Part shown: piece after piece, positions 17,329-27,056 of the stretch
Numbering within the stretch: the first letter of the stretch is position 1
Layout of the letters: the number at the start of each line of letters is the position of its first letter
NCBI GenBank assembly: GCA_963676915.2
Contig: CAXXVK010000074.1
Span: 1-64,000, forward strand
Source: Myxococcota bacterium
GTDB taxonomy: Bacteria > Myxococcota_A > SURF-8 > G963663525
DNA: 64,000 bases
Direction: 5' to 3'
Notes under the pieces: model-generated
What the model saw: the letters and a program-made list of their open reading frames with translations, nothing else
Databases searched by the model: none
Told to the model about the DNA's origin: nothing
Made by a program: the position numbers and the translations under genes

Positions 17329-20300
17329 TCACCTTCTCTGGTTTGTCGAAGAAATACTCCTCCAGATAAGGCTCGATCTCCATGCGCCAGATATCCTCGA
17401 GGTGCGCAGACAGACCGTCGACCAGGAAGAACGAAATGCCGATCTCATACTGGCGATCATTGATCTGGCGGTTGATCTTCTGTAGGAGATCGATCAGGCT
17501 CTTTGGGTTGTAACCGTTTCTCTGGTGGAATTTCTCCAGTACATCATATTTCGGGTAAAGACCGATGAAGGCAAAGCGTCGCCGCAGCGCATGATCCACC
17601 AAGGCAATGGAGCGATCTGCGGTGTTCATGGTGCCGATGAGGCGCACATTCTGAGGAATTTTCAGGCGATTGCCACCTGCCAATGGGATGGATTCGTTAC
17701 GGTATTCCAGTAGGTACATCAATTCGCCGAACACGCGCGATAGATTGGCGCGGTTGATTTCGTCAATGATAAGGACGCAGGTATCTTTGCGATTCTGTGC
17801 TTCTTTGCAGAAGGTGAGAAAGCGACCCGGCTCAAGGAAATACTCCAGTGCTCCATCATTCGTCTGTGGCCGAATGCCCTGCATGAAATCTTCGTATGCG
17901 TAAGCCGGATGAAACTGAACGAATTCTACGAATCCATCGCCGCCACCGATCAAGTGCTTTGCCAGCTTACGAGCAACAAAGGTCTTGCCTGTTCCCGGTG
18001 GCCCATACAACACTGCCTGGCCTTTGCGTTCGGTCGCGCTGACCCAGCGCTTGATCTCGGACAGATCAAAGCCGGTCTCTTCTGCGACCTTGGAAATTGG
18101 ATATTCCGGCTGGTTTTCGATAACCGGAGCCTCAATTCCCAGATACTCGCGTATCGCCTTCAGAGGAGTATCATCTGATGCCAATAGGAAGAGCGGAAAA
18201 ACTGTCTCCCAGGTGTCAGCTGCCAGTTGCACGAGTTCGTCTCGAGATTTCACCAGAACTTCGTCCTTCGATAGCTGGACGGAAACATGGATGCCGGGTT
18301 TGGATGGATCTCGGAGCCAATCGGTGAAAGCGAGCTTGCGCTCTCCGAACAGATCCTCTTTCTCCGGTTCGTCCGAATCTTCTCGATCTCCGAAATACAG
18401 ATTTACCCCTTTGAAATGAGGGCGAAGCAAGGAAAGGATGTCGGCTTGGTCCGACTGGCAGCGCTGAATGAACATCTTGCGGCGCTCGGAACCATATTCG
18501 CCGATGTAGAAGCCAAAGCGGATGGCGTGCGAGAACATGTAAATAAACAGTTGTGGGTCTTCGACTCTGTAGCCACCCTTGGGATATAGCGCCCCCCAGT
18601 AGTGAGGCCACGCGCCACCACGCCCGTAGTCGTTCTTGAGGATGCGAGAGAAAACGCCTTTCTCGGTCTCAACGCGATCGCTTATCAAATCGGGCAATTT
18701 GGCTATAGCTGCATTAAACAAGCTCTGAAACGGATCAATCACATGTTTCTGGTACTCGTCCTTCTTTCCCAGGTAGGTTTCCTTTTTAGGTTTGGCAAGA
18801 AGCTCGGCCAAGAGATCGAAGGAAGTGGTTGTGAATAGGGCTTCTGGATTGGGAGCAGGCAATGTAGAAGCATCCAAAATCGTGTTCAAGGTTGCCTCAT
18901 CTAAAGGAATGAGTGTCTTTCTCCAACCGGGCATATCGACTTTTCGCGGGGTGTTGTCATACCAGTCCACTTTTATACGATGGCCGTGTTCGCCGACATC
19001 CTCAAAATAGTAGGCCCTTGTGACTTTCCCGATACCGACAACTTCGCTGGTGCCCTTATTTGCTACAATGATCGAACCCACCGGGATTTGAGCGAACTCC
19101 CAAACTTGATTGAGTTTGCGATTTGACCAGCCATGTTTCTCTCGGAGAGTATCGCGAACTTCTACAAAATCATCCCAGTCCATTCCGCTCAAATCACCCA
19201 ATTCATCCCAACCGATTGTGGCGATGCCTTCATCTCTCCATTTGGGCCACATGGCCGCTTGCTCTTCAGGAGCAATCTTGAAACCCTTTGGTTGGTCGGT
19301 TTTAGGGCCAGATTTCGCGTCCACACCAAAGTGATAGTCCAGTAGTTCCTGTCCCTCGTCCGTGGCGACCAGAAAGTGATTCAGGTAGTCGGCTTTTTTG
19401 AAATCTTCCAGATCCGGGAAGCGCTTAATCAAAGCGTTTTGAATGCGGTGAACGGTTTGGTATCGTTCCACGAAATCCGAAGGAATACCGAAGCCCAGCG
19501 CTTTTAGGGCGTCCTTGGTTTTGTTGTTCAGGATCGCGTACCGAGATTTATCGACCCAGCACAGGTAAATTGTTGCGATACCCTTGCCGAAGTACTTGAC
19601 GTCTTTGCTGCGCTCCAGCCAATCCTCCACATCACAATCCGGTTTGAATGGCTCCATAACAAAACGGCGGAATCCGTCCACGTCGGCTTCGATGGTTTTC
19701 CTGAGCAGTCCTGCCGTTCGATAGCCTCCGGACTGTACGCCGCCCCCCTCGTGCGCGAACTTGAACATCGCCTCCACGAATTCCTCGTCGGACAGCTTCT
19801 CCAGGTTCTTGCGCGTGATGACTTCCCGAAAGAGGTTTTCCCTGCGTTCGATGTGCTTCGCGTCGGTCGAATACCAATCGAGAAATGCCGAAATGATATC
19901 TTCCGGTACGTTGGCGACAAGCCAATTAAAACCCTCGTCCGTTTTCCAAAGTTCAGCGGCGTCTTCCATTTTCATGCCTTCCTGGATTTTTGCCTGCATG
20001 AAACGGTTATAGCCGCTCAATAGTTTGCGCATGGATCTGTCCTTTCCAATCGGTTCGGACTCTGTTTCATCGATGTACTTGTCTATGGCCGGTGTCAGCG
20101 ATTCCATAATCAGGTGAAGTTGATTGACTACCGTGTCTGCCCAATTTTCAGCCTCCGCCATCGTATCGGGGAATGGCGGCTGTTCGATAAAATAGGGATT
20201 GTATCGAAACCAGCGATTCAATTTATCCTTGGTCGGTTTATCAAAAGCTACGCTTTCAGAAAGCGCGCCGAGTCCATCGGAAAGAAATTCATGGAGGTCA

Positions 20301-20635
20301 TCGGCCAGTTCTTTCTGCTTCCGCTTGTCATCCGTAGCTTGGCGAGAAAAAAGGTCTTGGTTGCGGATGGATACACTGACGAGGAATGTTTTTGTCGGAG
20401 AGGGCATATCCAACTTGGCCGAGTTGACCAGGCAGAATCCGAGAAGGTGCGAATCAACCTCCCACCGATCTTCCTTGGTCACAAGAAACGATACGGGCTC
20501 GCTACCGTTTTTATAATGGCCAAATGGCTTGATCGTCAGATCGAGCTTTTCACAAAGCGGTCGTATCGCCTCTTTGATCCTCTTTATCTGCGGAACGAGA
20601 AGCTCTTCAATGTCAGATTGTGTGATGATTGCCAT
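17282..20635 (-). CDS. mcrB: McrB-family AAA+ GTPase with extended multi-domain N-terminus
   Basis: GPPGTGKT, VQFHPAYAYEDF, IIDEINRAN, GTMNTADRS, ALRRRF. Confidence 0.88.
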   Translation of the reverse strand: MAIITQSDIEELLVPQIKRIKEAIRPLCEKLDLTIKPFGHYKNGSEPVSFLVTKEDRWEVDSHLLGFCLVNSAKLDMPSPTKTFLVSVSIRNQDLFSRQATDDKRKQKELADDLHEFLSDGLGALSESVAFDKPTKDKLNRWFRYNPYFIEQPPFPDTMAEAENWADTVVNQLHLIMESLTPAIDKYIDETESEPIGKDRSMRKLLSGYNRFMQAKIQEGMKMEDAAELWKTDEGFNWLVANVPEDIISAFLDWYSTDAKHIERRENLFREVITRKNLEKLSDEEFVEAMFKFAHEGGGVQSGGYRTAGLLRKTIEADVDGFRRFVMEPFKPDCDVEDWLERSKDVKYFGKGIATIYLCWVDKSRYAILNNKTKDALKALGFGIPSDFVERYQTVHRIQNALIKRFPDLEDFKKADYLNHFLVATDEGQELLDYHFGVDAKSGPKTDQPKGFKIAPEEQAAMWPKWRDEGIATIGWDELGDLSGMDWDDFVEVRDTLREKHGWSNRKLNQVWEFAQIPVGSIIVANKGTSEVVGIGKVTRAYYFEDVGEHGHRIKVDWYDNTPRKVDMPGWRKTLIPLDEATLNTILDASTLPAPNPEALFTTTSFDLLAELLAKPKKETYLGKKDEYQKHVIDPFQSLFNAAIAKLPDLISDRVETEKGVFSRILKNDYGRGGAWPHYWGALYPKGGYRVEDPQLFIYMFSHAIRFGFYIGEYGSERRKMFIQRCQSDQADILSLLRPHFKGVNLYFGDREDSDEPEKEDLFGERKLAFTDWLRDPSKPGIHVSVQLSKDEVLVKSRDELVQLAADTWETVFPLFLLASDDTPLKAIREYLGIEAPVIENQPEYPISKVAEETGFDLSEIKRWVSATERKGQAVLYGPPGTGKTFVARKLAKHLIGGGDGFVEFVQFHPAYAYEDFMQGIRPQTNDGALEYFLEPGRFLTFCKEAQNRKDTCVLIIDEINRANLSRVFGELMYLLEYRNESIPLAGGNRLKIPQNVRLIGTMNTADRSIALVDHALRRRFAFIGLYPKYDVLEKFHQRNGYNPKSLIDLLQKINRQINDRQYEIGISFFLVDGLSAHLEDIWRMEIEPYLEEYFFDKPEKVNEFRWEKVKESVRGE

Positions 20636-20685
20636 TATCCATTCCCCTTGAATTTTCAAGCGTCCACCGCACCTGGAGAGAATCG

Positions 20686-21177
20686 CTAATCGGCGACAGA
20701 GAACTTGGATAAATCAATTCGAAACTTTTTACTCATATACTCTTTGCCAATGTTCTCTTTAAGGAACGCCCGGAAAGTAACTTCGCCCTCGTGACCATTG
20801 TTGATAAGAGCTTTGGCGATCATTTGCGGCTTCATCCAAACAGAACATTTTTCGCCTTGTTTTAGTGTCCCAGGCAAAACCATATCGGAATCGAACTCAC
20901 CACCTTCCAATGCTCCTGGGGTAAAAACCATTTGCCCTTCCTTCCCGATGCGAAGGCCGAAATGGCTGATATTCACATCGAGCAAGCCAGGATTGTAACC
21001 TGTAATGAAGATCATTTTCTGGTGATTGTTCCTGTTCGCTCCGATCGTATATCCGGTATAAATCTCAACTTTGATTCTTCTTACACTTGCTCTAACCTGT
21101 AACCATAATGCCATTCCACCCGAAATCGCTCCGACAAAACCTGCTATGGCACCCAAAATTGAGATTATTGTATTCAT
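20686..21177 (-). CDS. Hypothetical protein with N-terminal transmembrane helix
   Basis: Hydrophobic N-terminus IISILGAIAGFVGAISGGMALWL; AT-rich; 3 bp from the RM gene stop. Confidence 0.65.
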   Translation of the reverse strand: MNTIISILGAIAGFVGAISGGMALWLQVRASVRRIKVEIYTGYTIGANRNNHQKMIFITGYNPGLLDVNISHFGLRIGKEGQMVFTPGALEGGEFDSDMVLPGTLKQGEKCSVWMKPQMIAKALINNGHEGEVTFRAFLKENIGKEYMSKKFRIDLSKFSVAD

Positions 21178-21180
21178 TTG

Positions 21181-24100
21181 TCACCCCTTCACATACATTC
21201 CATCGTCCGCCTCGTGAGCCTTGCCGAGGTTGGCTAGCATGCGCAGGAACGATTCGATCTGCGCCGCATTTGCGCCGGTGAAAGCCTTGGCCAGTTCCTT
21301 CGGGGTGACAGGAGCGTCCGCCACCTCCAGCGCTTCGGCGACGGCCTGGGCCTGTTCGGCCATGTCGGCGGGCCAAGGGCGCTTGGCGGCTTTCTTGGCT
21401 TTTGTCTTTTGGGCTGTCGGCGTCAGCGTCGCTTCCGTCTGCCTGGCGGATTTCTGGCCGCTCGGATTCTGGTACTCCGGCCGCAGCCAGCGAATCAGAC
21501 TGTCTTCCTCTTCTTTGGCGCGCCGGGCGTTCAGATCCACCAGGCGTTCCAGTATTTCGTCGTCGGTGAGGGTGGCAGGCCAGCCGTAGGCGTCGAAGAC
21601 CGCCGAATCCAGGTCATCGTGAATGGACTTCAGAACACCGATCAACGCAGTGTCGTGGAAGGTTCGCTCCTTGTCTGTCAGGGCCGGGCCGCCCTCTCGC
21701 TCGATCTGCCGCAGGCGCTCCATGGCGTTGTACTGGTTGGTCAAGGTGGCCTTAGGTTCTGTGGCCTGCACACGTTTGCGGTGGGCATCGAGCTTTTCTC
21801 CCAGCTCGCGGATGCGCGCCCGCTGGGTTTCGTCGACCTCCGGGAAGGGGAAGGGATTGAAAGTGCGCTTGTGTTGGTAACGAGGACGATCTTCGAGTGT
21901 CCCACCGGAGAACAGAGCCCAGGTCTTGTGGATTCTAGTAGAAAGCACGCCGAGCACATAGGCGTCATTGCTTGCAATCGCGACAACAGAACTGTCAGGG
22001 ATTGCATCTGAAGGTACGAACTGAAAAGAGAAATGCTTTGCCGTTCGAGGAACCAAGATGAACCTTTCAATATCAGCAATTGCTGCTCTAAGATTGGTTC
22101 GCGGCTCTGCAAACAACCACCATTTATCGCGATACGCCGCACGCTTATCTTGGTCCCGCTTTGGCTTTACTTGTTCAAGTATACGCTGGAATAGCGATGG
22201 AAAGGTCGAACGCGCCTCTTCCTTTGTTCTTGGAAAGAAGTCAACAACTTTGGTCTGCCGGTCTTTTTGAGTCAAATCCCGTGCTGTAAAATAGGTTTTC
22301 AGAACCGAATCCGTATCGCCATCATTTCCGACTGCCGAGTCATATTCTTCGGGGAAAACAACGAATCCTTGGCCGAGCGGATACATACCTGTATACGCCA
22401 TGTCTAAGTTGGCTTTCAGTTCCGAAGCACCTGCCACATCTGCGCCACCGGAGAGATCCCCATGAATCACCGGTACGCTCTTGTAGGCCACATCCACCGC
22501 CCGCGCCCAGTAGTCGGTGCTCTCGCCCTTGCGCTCGGCCACAACACGGCCTAGCCGTTTCAGGCGATCCTCGCCCGCCTTGGCCCCGATGGTCATGGCG
22601 ATGCGCACCGCCGCGCCCTCGGCTGCGTCAATCCACGGATGGTCGGGGATGGCCCAGGCGATCTCCAACGGATCGTTTTTGGCGCTCGTGTGCGCCTCGA
22701 TCACCTTGCGGTTGAAGGTCTGCGTGATCGAGTTGGTGGTGATAAGCCCGAAGCGTTTGAGCCTGCCCTCGCGCACCAGCCGCGCGGCCTTGTCCCACCA
22801 GTACATGACGTAATCGGCCATTTGCGGGACGTTTGCGTATGTAGTGCGTAATGTTTCTGTATATCCGTCTCCCAGGTCACGGCGCATAACTTTATTGCCG
22901 ATGAAAGGCGGGTTGCTCACCACGTAATCCGCTTCCGGCCAAGCCGCTTCACGAGGATTTGTGTATTCGTACACAATCTGGCGCTTTGTTTCGTCAGGTA
23001 TCTTTTTTCCTGATACGGGATCAGTACAGTAATCTCTGAAGTTCCAAACTGTTACTGGCTTGCCGTCCGCATCCAATTTCTCGCGCTCCTCGTCGTAGAG
23101 CAGCACGGCGTCGCGATGCTCGATGTTGCGGTAGCGCTTCAGGACCGGCTCGGGAGGATTCACGTTGCCGTGGGTGCGGAAATGCCATTGCAGATAGCCG
23201 ATCCACAATACCATCTCGGTGATGGTCGTGGCGTGCGGGTTGATCTCGATACCGAGGAACTGGTGAGGGTCAACCGTCAGGCCAGAAAGCGCCAGCGTCT
23301 GCTGGCCCACACCCAGAGCGGCCAAGAAGGTCACGACCTCCTGCTCCAACTCCTTCATGTTGGCAAGCGCAACGTACAGGAAGTTGCCGCTGCCGCAGGC
23401 CGGATCGAGCACGCGAGTTTGGCACAACTTGCGGTGGAAACGCTCCACCTCGTCGATGGCCGCCTGCTTCTTCTGTTTGGCGGGCTTGTCCTTGCCCTCG
23501 CTCTCCAGGCGCTCGGCTTCTTCCTTCAAGGCGTTAGCCGCCACCAGCGCTCCTTCCTCCCACTCGCGCCGCAAGGGCTCGATGACGGTCGGCAGCACCA
23601 GGCGCTCCACGTATTCGCGCGGCGTGTAATGCGCGCCGAGTTTGTGTCGCTCCACCGGGTCCAGGGCACGTTCCAAAAGCGTACCGAAGATGGCGGGCTC
23701 CACGGCGGACCAGTCCAACTCCGCCGCCTCGTGTAAAAGCCGGATCTGGCTTTCCGTCAACTCGAAAGCGAAGGGATCGGCGAACAGACCGCCATTGAAC
23801 TTGAGCAGCGTATCCAACGTCGGCTGGTAGAAACCACCTTCATTCATCACGCGCCAAAGCCCCTCGGCGGCAGGCTTGAAAACTTTCGGCTTGGCCTGAA
23901 GCTTATCGAGCAGATCGGTAAAGGTGCGCTCGGGCAACAACCCCACATCCTCGGCGAACATGGTGAACAAACAGCGCATGAGAAAGGCCGCCACCTCATG
24001 CGGATCATGCTTCTCTTCGAGCATCGGAGCAAGCAACGCCAGACGCTTCGCCACTTCATAGGAAACGACCTTGGCGTGTTCGCTGGGATCGAGCGTGCGG

Positions 24101-24708
24101 GGATGCTCCCAAATGGTCTTGACCGTTTCGCGTATGGTTTCGTCGGCCAGATCGGACAGGTACAGACGCGACTTACCCGAAATAGAAAACGGCTGGTAGT
24201 TCTTGCCCAGACCGGAAAAGTCCGCGTAGAGGTCGAGGCAGTATCCCACATCCGAGACGATCAGAAACGGCGGCCATTCGTCAGGCAGGTGGCGGGCGTA
24301 ATTGCGCGCCTGGGTCTTGGCATTCAGCATCTTGCGTCGCCAGCCCTCCGACTCGCGCACGCCGATCCCCTTGGCTCCCGGCTTCGCAACGCCAGGTGCG
24401 GCCAGCGGATCAACCTCCTGCTTGAAAACGCCCTGTTTGGACTCCAGGATGAAGCAGCCCTTGCGGTACAGGTCGATGCGCTTGGGCGGGCCGGACTCCC
24501 CGAAAGCCACCTCGCGCTCGAAAACATAATCGTTCGCTGTCCCGGCCTTGTACGGCTCGGGCCGCTCAACGCCGATCAGGTCGCAGAGGTCGTTCAGAAA
24601 CGATTGCGAATTAGCGATTTCCTTCCCCCCGGCGTCTTTCCAGCGGGCGATGAAGGATTCGGGAGATATGCTCGAATTTGGGCTCATGAAAAACCTACCA
24701 GCATCCAC
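21181..24708 (-). CDS. MmeI-like type IIG/IIL fused restriction-modification enzyme (N6-adenine MTase)
   Basis: N-terminal RIDLY...ILESK nuclease motif, GAHYTP, DPACGSGNF, NPPF, C-terminal TRD. Confidence 0.9.
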   Translation of the reverse strand: MDAGRFFMSPNSSISPESFIARWKDAGGKEIANSQSFLNDLCDLIGVERPEPYKAGTANDYVFEREVAFGESGPPKRIDLYRKGCFILESKQGVFKQEVDPLAAPGVAKPGAKGIGVRESEGWRRKMLNAKTQARNYARHLPDEWPPFLIVSDVGYCLDLYADFSGLGKNYQPFSISGKSRLYLSDLADETIRETVKTIWEHPRTLDPSEHAKVVSYEVAKRLALLAPMLEEKHDPHEVAAFLMRCLFTMFAEDVGLLPERTFTDLLDKLQAKPKVFKPAAEGLWRVMNEGGFYQPTLDTLLKFNGGLFADPFAFELTESQIRLLHEAAELDWSAVEPAIFGTLLERALDPVERHKLGAHYTPREYVERLVLPTVIEPLRREWEEGALVAANALKEEAERLESEGKDKPAKQKKQAAIDEVERFHRKLCQTRVLDPACGSGNFLYVALANMKELEQEVVTFLAALGVGQQTLALSGLTVDPHQFLGIEINPHATTITEMVLWIGYLQWHFRTHGNVNPPEPVLKRYRNIEHRDAVLLYDEEREKLDADGKPVTVWNFRDYCTDPVSGKKIPDETKRQIVYEYTNPREAAWPEADYVVSNPPFIGNKVMRRDLGDGYTETLRTTYANVPQMADYVMYWWDKAARLVREGRLKRFGLITTNSITQTFNRKVIEAHTSAKNDPLEIAWAIPDHPWIDAAEGAAVRIAMTIGAKAGEDRLKRLGRVVAERKGESTDYWARAVDVAYKSVPVIHGDLSGGADVAGASELKANLDMAYTGMYPLGQGFVVFPEEYDSAVGNDGDTDSVLKTYFTARDLTQKDRQTKVVDFFPRTKEEARSTFPSLFQRILEQVKPKRDQDKRAAYRDKWWLFAEPRTNLRAAIADIERFILVPRTAKHFSFQFVPSDAIPDSSVVAIASNDAYVLGVLSTRIHKTWALFSGGTLEDRPRYQHKRTFNPFPFPEVDETQRARIRELGEKLDAHRKRVQATEPKATLTNQYNAMERLRQIEREGGPALTDKERTFHDTALIGVLKSIHDDLDSAVFDAYGWPATLTDDEILERLVDLNARRAKEEEDSLIRWLRPEYQNPSGQKSARQTEATLTPTAQKTKAKKAAKRPWPADMAEQAQAVAEALEVADAPVTPKELAKAFTGANAAQIESFLRMLANLGKAHEADDGMYVKG

Positions 24709-24978
24709 TTACGAAAATAGTAGCACCCAGATGTAGAATGCTGGTTTTTATAGCATTAATAAGGCAAAGGCGGAAAGGAATTTATGTGGAGTTATCAGGA
24801 GGATAGATGGTCAAAGGGTCGTGTGACGTATTCTGGCACATATTGATTTTTCATATCGGTTCGACGGTTACAATCCCATGTCCTACCGGGAATCGAACTC
24901 AGCAAATTATGGGCGTCCTAATTATTTGATGGAACCCATTGAATATACATTGAAATCCCAATTCGGACGGCAAACGAC

Positions 24979-25003
24979 AAATTTCGGACGGCGTCCGAAA
25001 TTT
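24979..25003. repeat. Perfect 12-1-12 inverted repeat near the island end
   Basis: AAATTTCGGACG-G-CGTCCGAAATTT, with a further half-site ATTCGGACGGC at ~24961. Confidence 0.7.
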
Positions 25004-25148
25004 CAGAGACAGAGAGAGAAAATTACCAAGAATTTGGAGAAAATGGGCGAAATGCGCAAAAGCGGCGTCCGTTTTGAGCTGATTACTGGTCGGGTATCAG
25101 GAGGCGAAAAGCATTTGATATTCAGCAGATATAGCGCAACATCATAAA

Positions 25149-25188
25149 TCGAAACAGGCTCTCGGGATTGTCCAGAGAGCCAGTTCGA
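25149..25188 (-). terminator. Hairpin downstream of tmRNA
   Basis: GGCTCTC/GAGAGCC stem extended by TCGAA/TTCGA. Confidence 0.5.
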
Positions 25189-25199
25189 AAGTAGATTAA

Positions 25200-25549
25200 T
25201 GGTGGAGGCGGGGGGAATCGAACCCCCGTCCGAAACGGGTCAGTGAAGAGCGTCTACGTGTGTATTCGTTTGATGTTTCTTAAAGGGAGACGGCACAAAC
25301 GAAAAAGCCATACTTCCTTCCAGTTCGATGAATGTCCCTTGGAAAATTCGAACAGCACTTGCCAAGGTAAGTCACCTAATTGTCGTCACGTAAGAACCGA
25401 TGACACTTCCCTACGCGACGTGGCAGACATTAAGCTGCCATAGAGTAGTTTTCTTCGGCACTTGTAGTGCTTGCCGGTTTTTGACGAATGCCCGGCACAC
25501 CGACACGCAACTCAACCCCTTCTCGCTCCGTCGAAACCATATCGCCCCC
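25200..25549 (-). ncRNA. ssrA: tmRNA; tag reading frame (A)AEENYSMAA* at 25459-25430
   Basis: 5' GGGGGCGATATGGTTTCGAC; 3' GGGGGTTCGATTCCCCCCGCCTCCACCA; G.U pair in the acceptor stem; tag ends AA-stop. Confidence 0.95.
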
Positions 25550-25778
25550 ATGTCAAAGAACAAGTCTTCTATAAACTCTATGAATCTAAACCGTTTATAC
25601 CTGAAAATCAATCATCTGCTGAAGAAACAGTTTATTAAAACAAGATCTTGAATGTAGAAATGGACAAGTCAGCGACGAGAAGATCGCTCTCATTTTTGCT
25701 CCAACACATTTGCAATGTCGGATAAGGAGCATTCCCGAACCACGCAAACAATTAGCCAAACTACCTCAAATACCAGTT

Positions 25779-27053
25779 TTATCGCACTTTTTCCAAACGA
25801 AAACGGGCGGCGTTGGCATGACCTGCCAGTCCTTCGATGTCCGCCAGCGCGGCGGCGTCTTCGAGTAGTCCGGTGGAATCTTTGGGGTCGTCGATGCGCA
25901 TCCAGGTGCGGATTTTCAGAAAATTGAAGACCGAAAGCCCCCCGATGAAGCGCGCCGTACCTCCGGTCGGTAAAACGTGGTTCGGACCTGCACCGTAGTC
26001 TCCCAGAACTTCCGCACTGTCGGAGCCGATGAAAATCGCGCCGAAATGGGTCAGATCGCTCACAACGTCATCCGGGTTCTCTACCATCACTTCGAGATGT
26101 TCCGGGGCCAGCCGATTGCAGACCTCGATTCCCTCCGCAAGGTTTTGTACCAACACGGTGAATCCGTTCGAAACGGCGGCTTGGGCGGTGGCGCGGGTTT
26201 TCAACGTTTCCAGTTGGCGGGAAAGTTCGAGGTCCACCTTTTCCGCCAGGGCTTCGGATATCGTAACGAGAATAGGCAGGGCGTCGGGGTCGTGCTCGGC
26301 TTGGGCCAGCAGATCGGCGGCGATGAGTTGCACGTCTGCTTGTTCGTCCGCGAACACCACCAACTCGGACGGTCCGGCCAGCATGTCGATACCGACGTGT
26401 CCGCTGACCAGCATCTTTGCGGCAGTTACCCAGCGATTGCCGGGACCGACCAGTGCGTCGCAGCGTGGAACGCATTCGGTGCCATACGCAAGAGCTGCGA
26501 CGGCTTGTGCTCCACCTGCGGCAAGCAAAGCATCCGCACCGCCGATGTAGGCTGCCGCCAGGGTTTCGGTGGTCGGTCGAGGTGAGGCGGCGATTACATG
26601 GTGAACGCCAGCGGCTCGGGCCGTGACGGTGGTCATCAAGATGGAGGAGGGGAGGGGAAAGCGTCCTCCCGGTCCGTAGCAGCCTGCCGTACCTACCGGA
26701 GTCACCCGATGTCCCGCCCAACCACCTTCGATGGAGATGGAGGTTTCCGGTAGGCATTCCCGTTGCGCCAGCGCAAACGTTTCGATACGCTCTTTCGTGC
26801 GTTCGAGCAACGCACGTACGTTGGCAGGGAGTGCATCGAACGCCACCCTCAATTCCGAACGCGGAATCATCAAAGGCACATCCTCTCCCAGATCGTCCAG
26901 GCGTCGGGCGTATTCGATCAGAGCGACATCTTTACGTTGCCGTACGTCCTCTACGATGCGGGATGCCGCCGTTAGCGTTTCGGCATCGACCGGATCGCGT
27001 AACAGCGACGGCAGACGGTCGGGAGTGACACGGCGTAAACAGGCGGTTTTCAT
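25779..27053 (-). CDS. hisD: Histidinol dehydrogenase
   Basis: PGGRFPLPSS, GPGN, DMLAGPSE, QAEHD, APEHLE, DYGAGPNHVLPT. Confidence 0.95.
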   Translation of the reverse strand: MKTACLRRVTPDRLPSLLRDPVDAETLTAASRIVEDVRQRKDVALIEYARRLDDLGEDVPLMIPRSELRVAFDALPANVRALLERTKERIETFALAQRECLPETSISIEGGWAGHRVTPVGTAGCYGPGGRFPLPSSILMTTVTARAAGVHHVIAASPRPTTETLAAAYIGGADALLAAGGAQAVAALAYGTECVPRCDALVGPGNRWVTAAKMLVSGHVGIDMLAGPSELVVFADEQADVQLIAADLLAQAEHDPDALPILVTISEALAEKVDLELSRQLETLKTRATAQAAVSNGFTVLVQNLAEGIEVCNRLAPEHLEVMVENPDDVVSDLTHFGAIFIGSDSAEVLGDYGAGPNHVLPTGGTARFIGGLSVFNFLKIRTWMRIDDPKDSTGLLEDAAALADIEGLAGHANAARFRLEKVR

Positions 27054-27056
27054 GGT

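Larger units (their letters stand above)
1..25140. mobile_element. Integrated phage/ICE-like genomic island downstream of tmRNA (left end outside window; right boundary approximate)
   Basis: Contains a large serine recombinase + DUF2924 module, a phage-type nuclease/sigma operon, RM/defence genes and patchy GC. It abuts the 3' end of ssrA, beyond which housekeeping genes begin. Confidence 0.75.

Noticed and set aside
24833-24900. TGGCAC motif and tRNA/tmRNA-like fragment (GGGAATCGAAC) as a promoter or att remnant
   Set aside because: No -12 GC; the T-stem does not pair, and the match to ssrA is too short.
25200-25280. tRNA gene
   Set aside because: This is the tRNA-like 3' domain of tmRNA.
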